Assembly (NCBI RefSeq): GCF_006345805.1
Contig: NW_021826915.1
Location: 1-11,687 of the forward strand
Reading direction: 5' to 3'
Origin: Octopus sinensis
Taxonomy: Eukaryota
Length of the DNA stretch: 11,687 nt
Shown here: positions 8,516 through 11,687 of the stretch, piece by piece
Numbering within the stretch: position 1 is the first letter of the stretch
Layout of the letters: every line of letters begins with the position of its first letter
The notes under the pieces: model-generated
What the model was told of the DNA's origin: nothing
Databases searched by the model: none
Seen by the model: only the letters and a program-made list of their open reading frames with translations
Program-made: the position numbers and the translations under genes

Positions 8516-9190
8516 CTGGCTGCGATGGGTAAATTGTCGCCCTTTTATATATTAAATTTCGCGTATGCGCATGGTTTGTTTTTGATTTTGTCGACAACAC
8601 AGTATAGTAGAGTCAGTGGGGCACCGTCTGTGAGCAACACTGACCCATGACGCAATTCACTCAGCCAGAAATATGGAAACGATATGCTGTACCGCTTGGT
8701 ATTCCTGCCGGAAGCTCTAATACAAACATTTCTGAGTGTTTAGGTGTCAATCTGAGAACATGAAGCGAAAGTGATAAAAATCAAACATCCAGTCAACATG
8801 ATGCCTCCATTCATCTTTCCACATGGCCCCAGACTCATTACTGCGGCCTACAATATGTACCTGGAGGAGGTAGTGCTGCCCTGGCTCACGATTGAGGATG
8901 CTAGAAGACCCTATGTCTAGCAACAGGACTCTGCATCATTCCACACAAGCAGGAGAACCCAGCCATGGCTGTCAGACAATTTCGGCGACCACATCACCCC
9001 TAACATCTGGTTACCTAACTTCCCAGACTGCAACCTCCTTGATTATTATGCGTGGTGGGCAGTTGAGTGCGAGACCAACAAAACTCCTTGTAACATCAAA
9101 GATGAACCGAAGGCAAGGATTATGGCAGCATTCACCAACGTAAACAAGGAGACCATCCAGAAGAATCGCAGGACATTCCGAAGTCGCCTG
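8516..9190 (+). mobile_element. Tc1/mariner DD37D (maT) relic 2: internally deleted transposase pseudogene
   Basis: 8647-8763 reads MTQFTQPEIWKRYAVPLGIPAGSSNTNISECLGVNLRT* (N-terminal HTH start). It jumps to 8771 VIKIKHPVNMMPPFIFPHGPRL...PW...RPYV*QQDSASFHTSRRTQPWLSDNFGDHITPNIWLPNFPDCNLLDYYAW...ETNKTPCN. The D at 8927-8929 and the D at 9041-9043 are separated by exactly 37 residues. The left boundary (after TA at 8514-8515) is tentative. Confidence 0.85.
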
Positions 9191-9268
9191 GGGTCTATTT
9201 GCTCGACGAAATGTGGTGCTCCTGCATGGCCGCAGTCAAATAACTGAAACGAGTAAAAGAGTTAAGAG
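9187..9268 (+). mobile_element. Isolated 3' tail of a SINE (LINE-derived tail), 5'-truncated
   Basis: 9213-9253 matches LINE 3' UTR 369-409 at 29/41 ungapped, and the segment ends in the short tandem gagtaaaagagttaagag. It abruptly replaces the transposase C-terminus. SINE rather than LINE identity is from recollection of octopus SINE tails. Confidence 0.6.
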
Positions 9269-9295
9269 TATTGCTTCATAAATAATTATTCCATT

Positions 9296-9346
9296 ATTAT
9301 ATATATATATTATATATATATTGTGTGTGTATTATATATAATGTGA

Positions 9347-9400
<54 letters not shown>

Positions 9401-9440
9401 ATTATATATATGCGTGTATATATATACATGTATATATAGA
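9296..9440. repeat. (TA)n/(TG) microsatellite
   Basis: Directly visible. Confidence 0.9.
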
Positions 9441-9639
9441 TTAAATTAGAGATAAAAGCACTATTGGGCAAATCAAACAGTGAAAAACATAACCAAAACA
9501 TAGAAAAAAAATTAATTAATATAATATGCAAAGTATATAAAATATTAAATTCAAAATTTAAATTATTTAAATTTAAAAATGTAAAATTAGATTTAATCCT
9601 AAATCTAATTTTTCCTTGTAAGTTTGGATTTACTCCCTA

Positions 9640-9700
9640 ATATATTATATGTATATATAAAATATAAATATATATATATATATAATATAAATAAATATAA

Positions 9701-9732
<32 letters not shown>

Positions 9733-9744
9733 CTATATATATAC
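9640..9744. repeat. Imperfect (TA)n microsatellite abutting Penelope-like copy C
   Basis: Directly visible. Confidence 0.9.
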
Positions 9745-9905
9745 AACGGGAAGGTTTACGAAATAGACAAAGACGAAGGCAGGTGGAATACAAACAAACA
9801 ATTGTATTAGTATGGCGCTCAGGATAGAAATAGAAAAAGTCTTTTACGTTTCGAGCCTACGCTCTTCGACAGAAAGATACACAGAAAAAAACAAGGAGAG
9901 AAAAA
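9745..9905 (-). mobile_element. Short non-coding Penelope-like segment, copy C
   Basis: Collinear with 451-625; 9837-9888 is identical to 545-596 (52 nt). Confidence 0.6.
9840..9877 (-). ncRNA. Candidate minimal type I hammerhead ribozyme, variant core (copy C)
   Basis: Identical to 548-585. Confidence 0.6.
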
Positions 9906-9934
9906 AATGCGTGTAGGAGCTAACGGTCTATGTA

Positions 9935-9947
9935 TTGTGTATATATA

Positions 9948-9983
<36 letters not shown>

Positions 9984-10004
9984 TGATATTAGTATATATA
10001 TATA

Positions 10005-10078
<74 letters not shown>

Positions 10079-10105
10079 ATATATATGTATTATGTATATA
10101 TATAT
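9935..10105. repeat. (TA)n/(TATG)n microsatellite
   Basis: Directly visible. Confidence 0.9.
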
Positions 10106-10226
10106 GAACCCTTAAATCATTGCATAAAATACTAGGGTTAGAAAACCTTTCGCAGTTCTTTGTATAATGACGTTCTTTGAAACGATTGATACATACCAAA
10201 ATATTCCAAGCCTCTGAATACGCCTT

Positions 10227-10456
10227 ATACCTATTTCTATTTCTTTACTACCCACAAGGGGCTAAACACAGAGGGGGCGAACAAGGACAGACAAACGGAT
10301 TAAGTCGATTACATCGACTCCAGTGCGTAACTGGTACTTAATTTATCGACCCCGAAAGGATGAAAGGCAAAGTCGACCTCGGCGGAATTTGAACTCAGAA
10401 CGAAATACGGCTACGCACTTCGCCCGGCGTGCAAACGTTTTCTGCAGCTCGCCGCC
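10227..10456 (-). mobile_element. tRNA-derived SINE, same family as 8260-8494 (different variant)
   Basis: Same head (GGCGGCGAGCTG), B box, core and tail. It has an ~11-bp deletion between two ACG triplets near 10400 and distinct bases in the gacagaca...attaag segment. Confidence 0.85.
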
Positions 10457-10458
10457 GT

Positions 10459-10459
<1 letters not shown>

Positions 10460-10502
<43 letters not shown>

Positions 10503-10690
10503 TATGTGTATATATATATATATTATATAATAAGTATGTATATAATATATAACTATATATACATATATAGATATATATATACATATACTATATATATATA
10601 TACATATATATATATATGTATATATATATATATGTATATATGTATTATATATATGTGTATATAATATATATATTATGTATATATATGGTA
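10460..10690. repeat. Imperfect (TA)n microsatellite
   Basis: Directly visible. Confidence 0.9.
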
Positions 10691-10692
10691 TA

Positions 10693-11075
10693 CACTTGCG
10701 TCAGAAATTAATTAGCACTTCTCAAATTTCTACATTAAATAGGTTAAATCAATTAACCTATGAGCTGTTTCAAAACGTCTTACGCGATGAGAAAACTTAG
10801 TATGGTGTGATTTCGGTCCTTGCGAGGGCGCTACCTATATCTATTAAACAAAGGGAAGTTTGTCTGCATCCGCACTCCCAAGTTGTTGTTGCACTGCTAT
10901 GTCAACATCATAAGGCTGTAGACTCTCAAACTGCTCTGCAAACAAAGTTACGTCATCGTTCTGCGCAACAGTGAACTCGCAACAAAGCAATAGTTCGAGA
11001 TATGGCCACTAGGTTACAGCACATACTTTGAGTGAAGAGCAAATCAAGGTCGCTAATTAATTTCTGACGGTAGTG
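10693..11075. mobile_element. 383-bp MITE / non-autonomous Tc1-mariner element with 24-bp TIRs and TA target duplication
   Basis: Left TIR cacttgcgtcagaaattaattagc (10693-10716) versus the reverse complement of the right end, cactaccgtcagaaattaattagc (11052-11075), matches 22/24. It is flanked by TA (10691-10692) and TA (11076-11077), with no transposase inside. Confidence 0.85.
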
Positions 11076-11120
<45 letters not shown>

Positions 11121-11153
11121 TGTGTGTGTTTTTCACACCTGTATACCTATATA

Positions 11154-11186
<33 letters not shown>

Positions 11187-11300
11187 TTATATGCATATTT
11201 ACATATATATACACATACATTTAAACAAGTATATAGACATTCTCGCATACATACACACAGTTGTATTCATACATAGGCATATTCCTGCATTGATGCATCT
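11076..11300. repeat. (TA)n/(TG)n/(CATA)n low-complexity tract
   Basis: Directly visible. Confidence 0.85.
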
Positions 11301-11496
11301 ATAAATACAGTAATTAAACAAATACTGTAATTAAACGATAATTCAAAATTACTTCGTTATTATGTTCTTCAGTTGTTCCATAATTAATCATTACAAATCA
11401 AATTATTTAAACAGAAATATGGTTATCGGAGAAGTTATCTCTTTTTAATATTAACCTATCTCTAATCGGTTCCAGATTCTACATCTTTTATTAATT

Positions 11497-11687
11497 AGAT
11501 AGAAATTAAATCCGTCCATTAAAACTTCACGTTAATTTATGTTCTAAACGCCGGATTAATAATGTTGAATTTATTCAATTAAATTCTTTATTAGTTTGAA
11601 AATAAATTGAAACGCTTGCTGTGTATTTCAATATAAATTAAAGCCCGTTTTTTCCTCGAAATTTTATGTTAATTTACGCTCTAGACA
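11497..11687. repeat. Degenerate AT-rich dispersed repeat fragments, possibly an old non-autonomous DNA transposon
   Basis: An internal direct repeat at 137-bp offset: gttaatttatgttctaaac (11531-11549) vs gttaatttacgctctagac (11668-11686), 16/19. Family identity is only a recollection. Confidence 0.35.

Noticed and set aside
8892-9143. 83-aa ORF (MRMLEDP...)
   Set aside because: It is an off-frame reading of the transposase pseudogene; the homologous frame starts at 8771 and has a stop at 8918-8920.
10221-10227. cgcctta next to the SINE tail as the head of another tandem SINE or a TSD
   Set aside because: The match is only 7 nt, does not extend, and has no counterpart on the other flank.
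11132-11145. cacacctgta as the right TIR of maT relic 1 (reverse complement resembles tacaaggtgtg)
   Set aside because: It is only about 10 nt with a gap, lies in low-complexity sequence 9.5 kb away, and is likely chance.

Overview
This is non-genic, repeat-dominated eukaryotic DNA. The SINE types and dense (TA)n/(CATA)n/(GA)n microsatellites suggest a coleoid cephalopod (Octopus-like), which is inference from recollected repeat families. No host protein-coding gene is supported, and nearly all ORFs in the track are translations of microsatellites or satellite. Contents in order: the 3' end of a CR1-group LINE (1-432); three copies of a short non-coding Penelope-like segment carrying a minimal type I hammerhead-like motif (451-625 -, ~720-884 +, 9745-9905 -); two decayed DD37D (maT-type) Tc1/mariner relics (887-1634, ~8516-9190); several tRNA-derived SINEs; a ~30-copy 107-bp satellite (3302-6519) apparently derived from a retroposon 3' tail; and a 383-bp TA-flanked MITE (10693-11075). 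The most interesting signals are (1) a hammerhead-like fold whose core reads CUGUCGA instead of CUGANGA in the two near-identical copies, with the same U retained in the decayed third, (2) a LINE 3' UTR and a SINE tail sharing a 41-nt segment with a covarying hairpin, and (3) the satellite's likely origin, with degenerate solo monomers nearby.
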